Shown here: in pieces, positions 1-9,553 of the stretch
Layout of the letters: every line of letters starts with the position of its first letter
Position numbering within the stretch: position 1 is the first letter of the stretch
IMG/VR virus record: IMGVR_UViG_3300012009_000091
Location: 103,070-167,069 of that record
Strand: one strand, 5' to 3'
Length of the DNA: 64,000 bases
From: a virus
Made by a program: the position numbers and the translations under genes
The notes under the pieces: generated by a model
Told to the model about the DNA's origin: nothing
The model's database searches: none
The model's input: only the letters and a program-made list of their open reading frames with translations

Positions 1-127
1 AATGCACAGAATGCGCCGGGACAGGAAAGCTAGTAACCGCTCACGATAGTGATTTGAACGCCGCACGAGACGAGCTACATGCGAGCGATGAGGACCCGGT
101 AGACATTCTCGAGAGAAGGGAGGGGGA

Positions 128-478
128 ATGTATAAAGACATGAAGAGTAAGATTCGAGAATTCGATGGGATTCCTGGGTCACCGGAACCCGGTAGACCAT
201 TTATGTTCAAAACCTCGTGCCTATACGCCAGAGGGAAAGACATTCTCGATATGCGCGACCATCCAAAGTGCCAAAGAGTTACATATAAAACGTTCCGAAA
301 ACATTGTTCACACGTTCTGAAGTGGGCAGAATTGATGGGGTATGACCGCAAGATTCCGCTCTCTCGAGAGGAAAATGCGGTGTTTTATAAATCGTTCTAT
401 TGTGGCCGGCCCTGCTACTACATAGAACATTCAAGGATAGAGTTCATATGGGTCAAAAAGCGCGCGTTGTTAAGATGA
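128..478 (+). CDS. hypothetical protein
   Basis: 116-aa ORF with a purine-rich RBS upstream. Confidence 0.6.
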   Translation: MYKDMKSKIREFDGIPGSPEPGRPFMFKTSCLYARGKDILDMRDHPKCQRVTYKTFRKHCSHVLKWAELMGYDRKIPLSREENAVFYKSFYCGRPCYYIEHSRIEFIWVKKRALLR

Positions 479-660
479 CCATGCCAACGGGTCTTGACGT
501 TGGCTAAACTAAAAGGAGGTCGTACAGCGAAAGACTGGTCTATACTCGTGATGAGATGAGTACAGATTCTCCCATCAAGACTCATCTCCCTGTAAGTACG
601 TGCCCGTTTCCCTCAGCCGTTACGGGCACGTGCTCATCCACACCTAGCTATAAATAGACA

Positions 661-951
661 ATGAACGACAAAGACTTAGAAGAGATTGCCGAGTGGTCTT
701 GCGTCGGCGTCGAGACCGCTACGCATGTTTTGAACCAGCAACAGCAAATGACATACACCACCTATGAGATCCCGGTTTATACAGGGAGACGGGCACGCAG
801 GGGCCTGACGCGTATGTGGGGGCTACCTAATGCATGTCCCCGGCTCGGAGAGCCGTTATTTGGGCGGAGTAGAGTCGTCTTCGTAGACGACGATCAAGAT
901 GGTCAGCCTATGGCCTATTGGGTGCCGGAAAACACAAAGGAGAAGACATGA
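661..951 (+). CDS. hypothetical protein
   Basis: 96-aa ORF, ATGA-coupled to the next gene. Confidence 0.55.
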   Translation: MNDKDLEEIAEWSCVGVETATHVLNQQQQMTYTTYEIPVYTGRRARRGLTRMWGLPNACPRLGEPLFGRSRVVFVDDDQDGQPMAYWVPENTKEKT

Positions 952-1550
952 ATAGAAATGACGAACTGTTCCCCACACCACGTGAATTGTTATTAATCGC
1001 GGACACCAGCTGCTGGGGCCTAGAACGCTTATGTCGTAATCTCGGATGTTCGGCGGACGAAGAATCCAGTTGGATACAAATTGTTCGGCTGGGTGTGAAT
1101 TTCAGCACAATCCAATTAAGCAAATGGTACGAATGGTTGAGGTTCGTGAATAACCGTGCATTTCGGCGGCCGATGTCGGAGGAAGATCGTCAACTCGTCC
1201 GTACTGCGCATCCGAAAGGAGAAGACGCGTGTCTGGCTCACGCGCAGGTGCGTGACTGGCCGCAAGAATTCGTGGCCGTTAACCTGGAGATCCCAATCGA
1301 TCTTCTGGTCGAGCTCGACTTTGAGGACTGGCATCAGCAAACATGGCACGACCGACTGGATGAGGTCGAGGGCCGTCCTGACCTGCTCACTCTCAGCGCT
1401 GCCTACCGTTTGCACACTGCAGACATGATCGATAACAGTGCCCTACGCTATATCGAGAATTTGGTCTGGAGTATCTCGGGACCTGCTGAATGGCGACAGC
1501 GAGTGCGCCAACGCCAATTCTCGGAACTAGGCAAAGGAGACCAGCCATGA
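948..1550 (+). CDS. hypothetical protein
   Basis: RBS AAAGGAG before ATG 948; ATGA overlaps at both ends. Confidence 0.65.
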   Translation: MNRNDELFPTPRELLLIADTSCWGLERLCRNLGCSADEESSWIQIVRLGVNFSTIQLSKWYEWLRFVNNRAFRRPMSEEDRQLVRTAHPKGEDACLAHAQVRDWPQEFVAVNLEIPIDLLVELDFEDWHQQTWHDRLDEVEGRPDLLTLSAAYRLHTADMIDNSALRYIENLVWSISGPAEWRQRVRQRQFSELGKGDQP

Positions 1551-2038
1551 TCCATAACGAGAACGAGTATCGTGAAGCGGTGCAGCGGCTTCACGAGGAG
1601 CAAGAGCGGCTCGCGGAACACCGCAAGCGCCTGGAGGAGACGGGTCTCGCTGCTGACGAAGTGAAGCGAGCGCTCGATCCGCTTCGTTCCTTCCACGAGC
1701 AGCTTTCCGAGGAAATAGAGAGCTACAAGCGCCTGAAGCGCGGAGAGATTGATGAACTCCTGAACCTCCACGGGCTCGGGACCGCGTTAGTGGCTCTACG
1801 TATTGCACTCGGGCTAACGCAACGCGAACTCGCCGAGCGCCTGGGTGTTCATGAGTCACAGGTATCGCGCAGTGAGCGCAATGAATACCGCGCGATCACT
1901 GTAGACCGCGCCAGCCGGATCCTCGATGCACTCGGCGTCGAGTTACGGCTTGTGTTCGATCAACCAATTATCCGATTGACGCAACGCCAGCCGGATGATG
2001 CAACGCCATCCGAATGGGGGCAAAAGAGGACTAGATGA
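1547..2038 (+). CDS. XRE-family HTH regulator (HigA-like antitoxin architecture)
   Basis: LVALRIALGLTQRELAERLGVHESQVSRSERNEY HTH_3 motif; N-terminal MIHNENEY coiled segment; RBS AAAGGAG. Confidence 0.85.
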   Translation: MIHNENEYREAVQRLHEEQERLAEHRKRLEETGLAADEVKRALDPLRSFHEQLSEEIESYKRLKRGEIDELLNLHGLGTALVALRIALGLTQRELAERLGVHESQVSRSERNEYRAITVDRASRILDALGVELRLVFDQPIIRLTQRQPDDATPSEWGQKRTR

Positions 2039-2493
2039 AAGGCAAAAAGTTCGCGAAAGACTGGATGGGGAAGATTGTTGAGGTCACTCGTACATTCAAC
2101 TTCAACCCCAGAAGTGGATATTCCAACCCGCTTGAAACACTTCGAGGAGAACATTTCGGTTGGATCCATGTGCTCGATGAGCCGATCGTGGGCTGGGTAG
2201 TTGGTTACACGTACCGGCGCCAAGGGCACACTACATTCTACCCCGAGGAAGGATATGAATGGCGAAGTAGAGGACGTTCTCAACTCGTTTACCTCGTGCG
2301 GCCTTGGCCGAGTGCAAAAACTATCGACGCTATGCCGGATAGCGTGATGTTGACTGATCTTGAACCATACGCATGGTACTACATGACGGAGTACCAGCGG
2401 CAAGAGGCCAGGAAAGACATGGCGCGCACCATGGAAGATCAGTGTAGAGACGGCCGGGGTCAATGGGCTTCGCTTGTAACAAAAAGGAAGTAA
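2035..2493 (+). CDS. hypothetical protein
   Basis: ATGA-coupled 152-aa ORF. Confidence 0.65.
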   Translation: MKGKKFAKDWMGKIVEVTRTFNFNPRSGYSNPLETLRGEHFGWIHVLDEPIVGWVVGYTYRRQGHTTFYPEEGYEWRSRGRSQLVYLVRPWPSAKTIDAMPDSVMLTDLEPYAWYYMTEYQRQEARKDMARTMEDQCRDGRGQWASLVTKRK

Positions 2494-2497
2494 GAAA

Positions 2498-2746
2498 ATG
2501 AAAGAAGGACCAGCAGTTCTCGGAGAACCATGCCCAGAATGCATGGGAGATGATTGGATTATCACAGCGACAATGATCAGTTGCCGTGCTTGTGGATCAA
2601 TGTGGGGACGGGTTAATGGACAGTGGATTGGTCCAGTTAGCCAAGATAAGATTGTGTACGCTCGTGAGCTAATAAGTAGACCTTACACAACCCTCGATCT
2701 GATTGTGTACGCACTTGGAAAAGAGAAGGCAGAAGATGGAGAATAA
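2498..2746 (+). CDS. Zn-ribbon hypothetical protein
   Basis: CPEC...CRAC motif. Confidence 0.6.
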   Translation: MKEGPAVLGEPCPECMGDDWIITATMISCRACGSMWGRVNGQWIGPVSQDKIVYARELISRPYTTLDLIVYALGKEKAEDGE

Positions 2747-3143
2747 ACAACGGCACAAGTGGACGGAACAAGAAGATGAAAGTCTCTTGGAAGTGATCGA
2801 GTCATTGCGCTCAGTCCAGGACCAATACCCGCACAAGAAAGATTTCTGGAACGGGGTAGCGGGGGGAATGGCGCATCTCTGCGGCCTCGTGGTCAGCGGG
2901 AATTCATGTCGCCATAGGTGGCGGAAGATCAAGCCCGTAGACAAGTGGGAAGAAGTGACCGAAATAGTAGATGCCCACGAGCTCATGTTGTCTGGAGACA
3001 TTGAACATGATCTCAAACTGCTGGCCCAGCTGATCAACAATCATCTGATTGATCTTCGGTTAGAGTTGGAAGCGGTACGCGTCAAAGTCGACTGGCTGGC
3101 TAAAGAACTCGGATACCACGAACATCATGAAGGAACAACATGA
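2736..3143 (+). CDS. Myb/SANT-like (RsfA-like) DNA-binding protein
   Basis: WTEQEDESLL...W..VA...SCRHRW Myb-type Trp pattern; C-terminal coiled coil. Confidence 0.7.
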   Translation: MENKQRHKWTEQEDESLLEVIESLRSVQDQYPHKKDFWNGVAGGMAHLCGLVVSGNSCRHRWRKIKPVDKWEEVTEIVDAHELMLSGDIEHDLKLLAQLINNHLIDLRLELEAVRVKVDWLAKELGYHEHHEGTT

Positions 3144-3721
3144 GACATAATCCACTAGAACACTGTTGGGATGAGATGTGTGGGCCTGGAAGGGGGTGGA
3201 CCTGGTCATGCAACTGTAACTGTCCTAGTTGTCGAAGCGCTGATGCCAGATCCTCAATCAGCAAAGAAGATGTTGAGCTCAATCGCGTTATGACGAAAGC
3301 CGCTGACATGGGTAAAGACCCGTTTGAAGCGGCTAAGACGTTCAAACAGTTAGTCCACGATCATTTGACGGATATTCGGATTCGGGCTGAGTTGGAAACG
3401 TTAGGTCTCGACGTCGACTGGATGGACAAAGATCCGTTTGGAGTGGCTAAGAAGACCCAAACTTTGGATGAGGTAAACGAGCAACAAAGGGCGGGAAAGG
3501 AAGAGAGAAAAGAGAGAGCAGAAGACCTTGGGGCGGCAGCGCCAATCGAGTTTCAGACTCGCTCCTTTTTCGTAGATGAACATCATCTAGCTCAGACACT
3601 AGTAGCAAGTTTGAGCAGAAATCGTCTACTCAACATCATCAAGGCCATTGAAAACAAGGTTAATGATAATGGTTTCACGAAAGCAATTCGTGATTGGATA
3701 GCCTACGAATACAGGTATTAG
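3140..3721 (+). CDS. hypothetical protein
   Basis: ATGA-coupled; Cys cluster; internal repeat MxKDPFxxAK. Confidence 0.6.
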   Translation: MRHNPLEHCWDEMCGPGRGWTWSCNCNCPSCRSADARSSISKEDVELNRVMTKAADMGKDPFEAAKTFKQLVHDHLTDIRIRAELETLGLDVDWMDKDPFGVAKKTQTLDEVNEQQRAGKEERKERAEDLGAAAPIEFQTRSFFVDEHHLAQTLVASLSRNRLLNIIKAIENKVNDNGFTKAIRDWIAYEYRY

Positions 3722-3786
3722 TGAAAACTCATATAAGTTTGTGTAATCACTAGATTAAAACTACGGAGGAGAAAACGGAAAGGAAT

Positions 3787-3966
3787 ATGAGTGTTGTGAC
3801 ACCTGACAAAGAAATGGAACTCGATGAGGCCATTGATCACGCCAAAGAGGCGGCACACCGACTAGCCAAAGAAGGCTGCGATGAATGTTCAAGAGAACAC
3901 GCACAATTGGCCGAGTGGCTGGAAGAACTACGTCGCCTCCGACAAGGACGAGAGGAGTGTGGATGA
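3787..3966 (+). CDS. small phage protein (59 aa, below track cutoff)
   Basis: MSVVTPDKEMELDEAIDHAKE...CDECSREHAQLAEWLEELRR; RBS; ATGA overlap with the next gene. Confidence 0.7.
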   Translation: MSVVTPDKEMELDEAIDHAKEAAHRLAKEGCDECSREHAQLAEWLEELRRLRQGREECG

Positions 3967-4187
3967 CTACATTGACGGTAACGCGGAAGGATCAAGAATG
4001 CGTCGTCTTGGTTCTTCCTTCTGGAAAGTACATCACTGTCCGCGTTTGTGCGCGGGTCAAAGGAGGAACACGGCTCGTTATTTCAGCGCCAGAAGATGTG
4101 CGAATTTGGCGTGAAGAAGTCCTCGTGAAAGCAACTGAACAACAGATGGAAGAATCATGCAAACTAATAGAAAACCCCAAGACCTAA
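3963..4187 (+). CDS. csrA: CsrA/RsmA-like RNA-binding protein
   Basis: MTTLTVTRKDQE...ITVRV...TRLVISAPEDVRIWREEV matches the CsrA pattern L.LTR..GE....I.V.V....VRIG..AP..V.I.REE; RBS GAGGAG. Confidence 0.7.
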   Translation: MTTLTVTRKDQECVVLVLPSGKYITVRVCARVKGGTRLVISAPEDVRIWREEVLVKATEQQMEESCKLIENPKT

Positions 4188-4372
4188 AGCCGCTGATTGA
4201 AGAGCAGTTACAAGAACTTCTGGACTGGGCTGAGTCCACAGATAACTGGGAACTTGTGGAATTGTCCACGTTGGCCCTTCAGGAAAATGAATTGGCGCAA
4301 AATATCTGTGCCGTATTCGTACAAACGCTTCGAGAGCGCTTGGAAAAGGAGAACATAGACGGTGAAGACTAA
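4157..4372 (+). CDS. hypothetical protein
   Basis: acidic helical 71-aa ORF in operon. Confidence 0.5.
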   Translation: MQTNRKPQDLKPLIEEQLQELLDWAESTDNWELVELSTLALQENELAQNICAVFVQTLRERLEKENIDGED

Positions 4373-4586
4373 GCTGTACATCCCCATTGAGTGTGGAATC
4401 AAAACCTGCGCTACGATGGAGGGCAAGATGTGCAAATACGTGCGCGTGAGGCGTCTCGGTACCGTATGGTATTGTGAGCTCTTCCCCAAAGGTGATCTGA
4501 AAACCACGGAGATCGAAGATCGGGGGTGGCTGTTACGCCATCCTCGGTGTATACAACAAGAACAGGAGGAAGAACGTGACATGTAA
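4362..4586 (+). CDS. Cys-rich hypothetical protein
   Basis: 74-aa ORF in operon. Confidence 0.55.
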   Translation: MKTKLYIPIECGIKTCATMEGKMCKYVRVRRLGTVWYCELFPKGDLKTTEIEDRGWLLRHPRCIQQEQEEERDM

Positions 4587-4809
4587 GCACACTCTATACG
4601 AGAGATCCAAGGACATGCCGTTCATGTACTGTGTGGCCGGCGAGAATTGTGACCCCGCTAGTCATGGTGGGTACAGCGTACGTTACACGTGTACAAAATG
4701 CGGTGCGACTCGCCTAGTCAACATCAACCAGACGTACATCGAAAAGTCCCCATGGGAACGGCCTTGTCAAGAAGGGGACAACGATAACTCACTCGGCCGT
4801 AGAAGCTAG
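4576..4809 (+). CDS. Zn-binding hypothetical protein
   Basis: CKH...CTKC; RBS GGAGG. Confidence 0.55.
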   Translation: MTCKHTLYERSKDMPFMYCVAGENCDPASHGGYSVRYTCTKCGATRLVNINQTYIEKSPWERPCQEGDNDNSLGRRS

Positions 4810-4823
4810 GAGGTCTACAATCG

Positions 4824-5789
4824 TTGATTGATGTTTATGGACCCGGTGTCCGCGAGTTAGCACGAAAAATCTGGCCATATGATAGGTCCGACGCCTTTGA
4901 CTATGAACACATTATCTGGGCAGCTGCATTGGTTTGTCGTGGACAGAACTGGATCATTATCTCGTTGAGGAACGGCTTCTTCGGTCCTCCACGAGATGTC
5001 CAGGATGTGTCGGATGCCCTCGGCCTGAGCCCTGAACATCTTCGAGCTGTTGAACACCAGCTGTATCATACGCTAAGAGTCTTCCTCGATGGGGACCCGA
5101 AACCGGGAGATCGGCCTGAGCCGATCAACCTCATCGAGGAAGACCGACATCGGTTAATGCGGAACAAGGATCTCCTTGCATGGCTGCAGATTGGAGAGAG
5201 CATCAAGGACCACTTTTTAGATCTAGGTATGCCTCACATTCGATTACCCAATCGACGGCGATGGATTCGCTATCGAAAAGTCGATGTAGAGCGCTGGCTT
5301 GCGAGATATAAAAAGCCTCGCCCTAAGCCACGGGCGAAAGGAGTGTTTGTGAGATTCACCGTACTGAAACCGCACTACAGAACGCAGCCCTGTAGATTCT
5401 GTGCAGAGATCAAAGAGCGTGGAGGAGATCTTCCATGCATACCTTTGTGCGATGGAACAGAGCAAGAGCAAATTGAACCGTATGTCAATTTCGCCTATGT
5501 GAATGCGTGTGATATTTTGGATATGATCGAGGAGTCGTACGACCATAACATCTATGGGCATTGGCCCTTGGACAAACTCCCCATAATTCGCCGCAAGATC
5601 ATTCACGCCATCAATGTGCCCGCAAATAGAGCACCCTATCTACGTGATCCCCATGTTGAAACCGGGGCTTCGGGAACGAAGTCGGTTATTGTCGGAACTT
5701 CCGAGGAAGCTGTTCTTCGACGGTTGTGGGATCTTTTGTCACTGGTGGACTGGGCTCAAGAGCATGGACGTGACCTTTACTATGGATAG
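4824..5789 (+). CDS. sigma70 region-4-like HTH + Xis/HTH_17-like fusion protein
   Basis: IISLRNGFFGPPRDVQDVSDALGLSPEHLRAVE resembles sigma r4; LMRNKDLLAWLQIG...IRYRKVDVERWL resembles HTH_17. Confidence 0.55.
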   Translation: MIDVYGPGVRELARKIWPYDRSDAFDYEHIIWAAALVCRGQNWIIISLRNGFFGPPRDVQDVSDALGLSPEHLRAVEHQLYHTLRVFLDGDPKPGDRPEPINLIEEDRHRLMRNKDLLAWLQIGESIKDHFLDLGMPHIRLPNRRRWIRYRKVDVERWLARYKKPRPKPRAKGVFVRFTVLKPHYRTQPCRFCAEIKERGGDLPCIPLCDGTEQEQIEPYVNFAYVNACDILDMIEESYDHNIYGHWPLDKLPIIRRKIIHAINVPANRAPYLRDPHVETGASGTKSVIVGTSEEAVLRRLWDLLSLVDWAQEHGRDLYYG

Positions 5790-6117
5790 AGAGATGAAAG
5801 AACAACTACAAAAAGCATTTCCAGCCGCTCAATTTGAGTCGGATGGAGAAGACGGGCTGGTATTGGTAGTCGATCAGATCCGACTGCGAGTCCAACGTGA
5901 TTCAACAGACGGATTCTACACGGTAGACATATTCCTCAATGCTGTAGCTGGTCAACAGCCTTTTCGGCTGTCCACTACGCGACCCGGAGAGCTCATAGAA
6001 GCTGTGCATTGTGCTCTGGCGTCGATACTGAGTTGGAACAGTCAGATCTGTACAATGTGTACGACGCTGCACAGCATTCTGTGTCCGGATCTTTATATGG
6101 ACCCCGCTGATCGCTAA
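5782..6117 (+). CDS. hypothetical protein
   Basis: ORF overlapping the end of the previous gene, followed by a terminator. Confidence 0.55.
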   Translation: MDREMKEQLQKAFPAAQFESDGEDGLVLVVDQIRLRVQRDSTDGFYTVDIFLNAVAGQQPFRLSTTRPGELIEAVHCALASILSWNSQICTMCTTLHSILCPDLYMDPADR

Positions 6118-6122
6118 GACAC

Positions 6123-6154
6123 GAAGACGGGAGGCCGCGCTCTCGTCTTCTTAG
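6123..6154 (+). terminator. intrinsic terminator
   Basis: GAAGACGGGAG/CTCTCGTCTTC stem followed by TTAG. Confidence 0.6.
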
Positions 6155-6240
6155 TATAAGGTCGCACGTTGTTCAGTCGTGTAAACCGCGATATACTCTC
6201 GCCATCCTCGTAGAGGGTCAAATTCATTTCGGAGGAATTC

Positions 6241-6954
6241 ATGTCGTATAGTGTTACGATCGTTGAAGGGATCATCGGCGTTGGAAAGAGTACTGTCAGC
6301 CAAGAGCTGGGCAAAGCGCTCGAAAAGATCTCGGAGAAACCGTCTTTGGTTCTTATGGAACCTGACGAGAAAGACAATGCCAATCCCTACTTGGTCGATT
6401 TTTACAAGAACCCCGCTCGATGGGCATTTACCATGCAAATCCACCTCCTGAGTCGAAGATACCAGATGCATGAACGAGCCCAATGGGCCTGTCTAGACGA
6501 AGCTGGCCATGTCGTCTTGGATCGTTCATACTTTGGAGATACTGCTTTCGCTCGTCTTCAGATCAAGAATGGAGATATGGAAGAACGCGAGTTCGAGACC
6601 TACACCAAGCTGTACCACAATATGCAGGCGCATGTTCTGAAGCCTACTGTCTGTCTTCGGTTGTTGGTGAGTCCAGAGACTGCCATCGAACGCATTAATC
6701 GGCGTCTTTTTGAACGCGAGGGACGACAATGTGAGTCCGGTATTACGATTCAGTATCTTCAAGATCTCGACGATGAGATCACCCACATGGCCAATGTTCT
6801 GCGTCAACAGGGTGTGCTGATCCTAGACGTCCCCTGGGATGTGGAGCGGGACAACGCCGATGCACGCGAGAAAGCCGTTCAGAGTCTTGCCCGACGTATC
6901 CACAGTTACCGGCCCGTTGATCCTTTTCTCGATCTTCACCGGAAAACCGTATGA
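6241..6954 (+). CDS. deoxynucleoside kinase (dNK family)
   Basis: VEGIIGVGKST P-loop, EP, FY.NP.RWAF..Q, LDRS, RINRR..R..E lid. Confidence 0.9.
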   Translation: MSYSVTIVEGIIGVGKSTVSQELGKALEKISEKPSLVLMEPDEKDNANPYLVDFYKNPARWAFTMQIHLLSRRYQMHERAQWACLDEAGHVVLDRSYFGDTAFARLQIKNGDMEEREFETYTKLYHNMQAHVLKPTVCLRLLVSPETAIERINRRLFEREGRQCESGITIQYLQDLDDEITHMANVLRQQGVLILDVPWDVERDNADAREKAVQSLARRIHSYRPVDPFLDLHRKTV

Positions 6955-7493
6955 GCAAAACGCATTCATTTACCGGGAGGGAGATTCGATTTGACCACCC
7001 CGAACAGATTGATGTTTGCATTGAAGACATTGCCCACTCCCTGTCGTTGATCTGCCGGTTCAATGGCCATTGCCACGAGTTCTATTCTGTAGCGCAACAT
7101 TCTGTATTCGTCAGTTCTCTACTTGATGATGAGCATGCGCTACCTGGCTTGATGCACGATGCTGCAGAGGCGTATATCGGGGACATCATTGTCCCTGTTC
7201 GAGAGACATTTGGCGCTCATCGAATCGATCAAGTGGAACAGGCGATAGCCTGGAGAATCCAGGAAGTGTTAGAGATTTCTGATTGGACCAATAATCCCGT
7301 TGTCTACGCCGCAGATAAGCAGATGTTGGCCATTGAGGTGCAATCGTTGATGCACTCTAACGCGTTGAATTGGCCAGATGTACGTAATGCTCGAGTAGAT
7401 CCAACACGTCAATGCCGGTCCTGGCATCCAACTCATGCTGAGCATCAATTTTTGATCAGGTACAAGCATTTGAAGTCAATCACAAGAGTATAG
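6951..7493 (+). CDS. HD-domain nucleotide phosphohydrolase (YfbR/YfdR-like)
   Basis: IEDIAHSLS..CRFNGH...FYSVAQHS...LMHDAAEAYIGD. Confidence 0.9.
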   Translation: MSKTHSFTGREIRFDHPEQIDVCIEDIAHSLSLICRFNGHCHEFYSVAQHSVFVSSLLDDEHALPGLMHDAAEAYIGDIIVPVRETFGAHRIDQVEQAIAWRIQEVLEISDWTNNPVVYAADKQMLAIEVQSLMHSNALNWPDVRNARVDPTRQCRSWHPTHAEHQFLIRYKHLKSITRV

Positions 7494-7641
7494 AGCAGTC
7501 TATGTTTATGCAGACGTGCCCAGTGCATAACTAGTTCTGAGAGCGAGGTCTGTTCCACGGATCTCGTCTTAGCGTCTGTTGCAGATGTCATTGAAGCCAG
7601 TGTACACTTTCGCTGAGTAGTTGTGGGACGCGGAGAATCAC

Positions 7642-8784
7642 ATGTCGTTGCCAGAGTTCTTATCCAGGAAGGTCGATTCGGAGTCCCTTGTTCAAAAACT
7701 AGCTCGAGCTGCTCGTACTTCAACACCGGTCTATCATGGATCTCCAGTTAGGGCTGATATACTTCAGCCCAGACTTGAACACGGTGATCCGATGGTTCCT
7801 GACGCGGTCTTCGCTTCCCCGTTTCGAGATTTTGCGCTCGCCTATGCTGGTCGAAAGTGGAGCGATCGTGATTTCAATCAGAGCATACGACGGAAGAGCG
7901 GACAACATGAAATGATCATGCGGGAGATGCGACCGAATGCTATCGAGGACACTTATAAGAATGTTCCAGGCTATCTCTATCATTTGGCGCCACAGGAATT
8001 CGAGCGAACACAGAGACCAGGATCTACATGGGAGGTCATCAGTACCAAACCTGTTAAACCGCTCCGCGTAGAAAGCGTAACAGATGTTCTTCAAGCATTA
8101 GAGAGTGAACCATCGGTTCGATTAGAGAGGTATGATCCTGGCCATCCTGATACTCGGGCCGCGATACGAAGAATGGTCGCCCGGATGAACGAGATGGAAG
8201 ATCCGTCCGAATATCGTGATTGGCGTTTGGAGGGGGCTCCGGATGAGATTCGTCGCCTCTTAGAGGAAGAGGAGGCACGGCTCAAGACGGCGAAAGCTCC
8301 TGTTATTCAAGCCACATCCTTGGACGATCTGCGAGATGCCCTGCAGCTCGAGCAAGATCAATGGGGTGATGTGGTATGTCCCAGTCCTCGGGATAAAGTT
8401 TTCGTGATCAAGGACAACGATGGTATCGTCGGTTCTGTACGAGTTAATACTAAACCGCGTGAAACTTGGGATGATGAAGCTGATAAAGTGATGTCGAAGC
8501 TGGACCCTCAAGTGTGGGTAACTTCTATTGTAGTCCGAAAGGATCGGCGAGGCGAAGGTGTCGGTACTGCTTTGCAGCAGAGCTTACAGCAGAAGTATGA
8601 CCGGATCGCTTTAGGGACAGGGGAGAGGTCTGACGAGTCAATGAAGCATCTGAGCAAGAGACTCGGATTCAAAAAGGTTCTGTTCCGAAACACAGGAGAT
8701 GTGAAAGACGTTCATTTCTGGGAACGGGACAAGACGGCTTCAATTATCAAAAGGGTTCTGTATTCCAAACTTCACGCCGTATGA
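7642..8784 (+). CDS. ADP-ribosyltransferase-like domain + GNAT acetyltransferase fusion
   Basis: N-terminal VYHGS...VFAS....ALAYA...E..S; C-terminal IVVRKDRRGEGVGTAL acetyl-CoA motif; RBS GGAG before ATG 7642. Confidence 0.6.
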   Translation: MSLPEFLSRKVDSESLVQKLARAARTSTPVYHGSPVRADILQPRLEHGDPMVPDAVFASPFRDFALAYAGRKWSDRDFNQSIRRKSGQHEMIMREMRPNAIEDTYKNVPGYLYHLAPQEFERTQRPGSTWEVISTKPVKPLRVESVTDVLQALESEPSVRLERYDPGHPDTRAAIRRMVARMNEMEDPSEYRDWRLEGAPDEIRRLLEEEEARLKTAKAPVIQATSLDDLRDALQLEQDQWGDVVCPSPRDKVFVIKDNDGIVGSVRVNTKPRETWDDEADKVMSKLDPQVWVTSIVVRKDRRGEGVGTALQQSLQQKYDRIALGTGERSDESMKHLSKRLGFKKVLFRNTGDVKDVHFWERDKTASIIKRVLYSKLHAV

Positions 8785-9035
8785 CGGCTTTTTTGTCTTC
8801 AACTATCGCTTTGATTTTGCTTCTTGGATCACGTGCTAGTTCTTTTCTGTCGCTTTCTGTGAATGGAGAGGCGTCTCTTGACTTTCCAAGTATAAGACCT
8901 AAACTAGCTCTTCCAGCTAGATACCAAGTGGGCTATTCAGCCCGATGAGACAGCTGGGGCTGAGATCACGATTTCCGATGGTGTGGAAAGAATCTCTAGC
9001 CCCAGCTGTCATAATTTTGAACAGAAGGAGGAAGA

Positions 9036-9302
9036 ATGCACGTGCTCATCCATTGTTTACACTGTCTCCAAGAGACGAGAGAGAATCCTCGAGAAGACGC
9101 ACGATTGGAGGTCGAACTCGAATTCGAAACTGGCGCCGATGTCGGAGTCTTGCACTTACGGTGTGTTCGATGCAACCGTTCGATCAGATCGTTTTCAACC
9201 GTTGTACCCTCGGAAATACGAGATCTACCAAATATGGCTGCGAATCCGTCCGACGGACAGGACGAAGAGGATGAGGGTAAACTAAAGAAGTATCTCAACT
9301 AG
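9036..9302 (+). CDS. Zn-ribbon hypothetical protein
   Basis: CLHC...CVRC; RBS AAGGAGG. Confidence 0.65.
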   Translation: MHVLIHCLHCLQETRENPREDARLEVELEFETGADVGVLHLRCVRCNRSIRSFSTVVPSEIRDLPNMAANPSDGQDEEDEGKLKKYLN

Positions 9303-9310
9303 GAGGTGAA

Positions 9311-9535
9311 GTGAATTTCGATGACCTGATGAGTCGAATCGAGCGACTTCAAGAACAGTGGCAAGCTGTCGAAGGTGATTACAAGCCCGCGAAGAAGCGA
9401 CGTCAGCGCTTGAGTAAGCGGATCTCCAGACTTCATGCTCAATTGAAGGATGGATTGGCAAATCAACAATTTGTCGATCAACAACGTTTCCATTCCATGG
9501 AAGAGAATCTCCGTTCACTGGGAGTGATCAGTTGA
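9311..9535 (+). CDS. coiled-coil hypothetical protein
   Basis: RBS AGGAGG, GTG start. Confidence 0.6.
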   Translation: MNFDDLMSRIERLQEQWQAVEGDYKPAKKRRQRLSKRISRLHAQLKDGLANQQFVDQQRFHSMEENLRSLGVIS

Positions 9536-9553
9536 ACATAGGAAGGTGACTAG

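Noticed and set aside
479-660. Three hairpins in the intergenic gap as an ncRNA
   Set aside because: The gap is short, is compatible with ordinary terminator or leader structure, and has no exact promoter motif.
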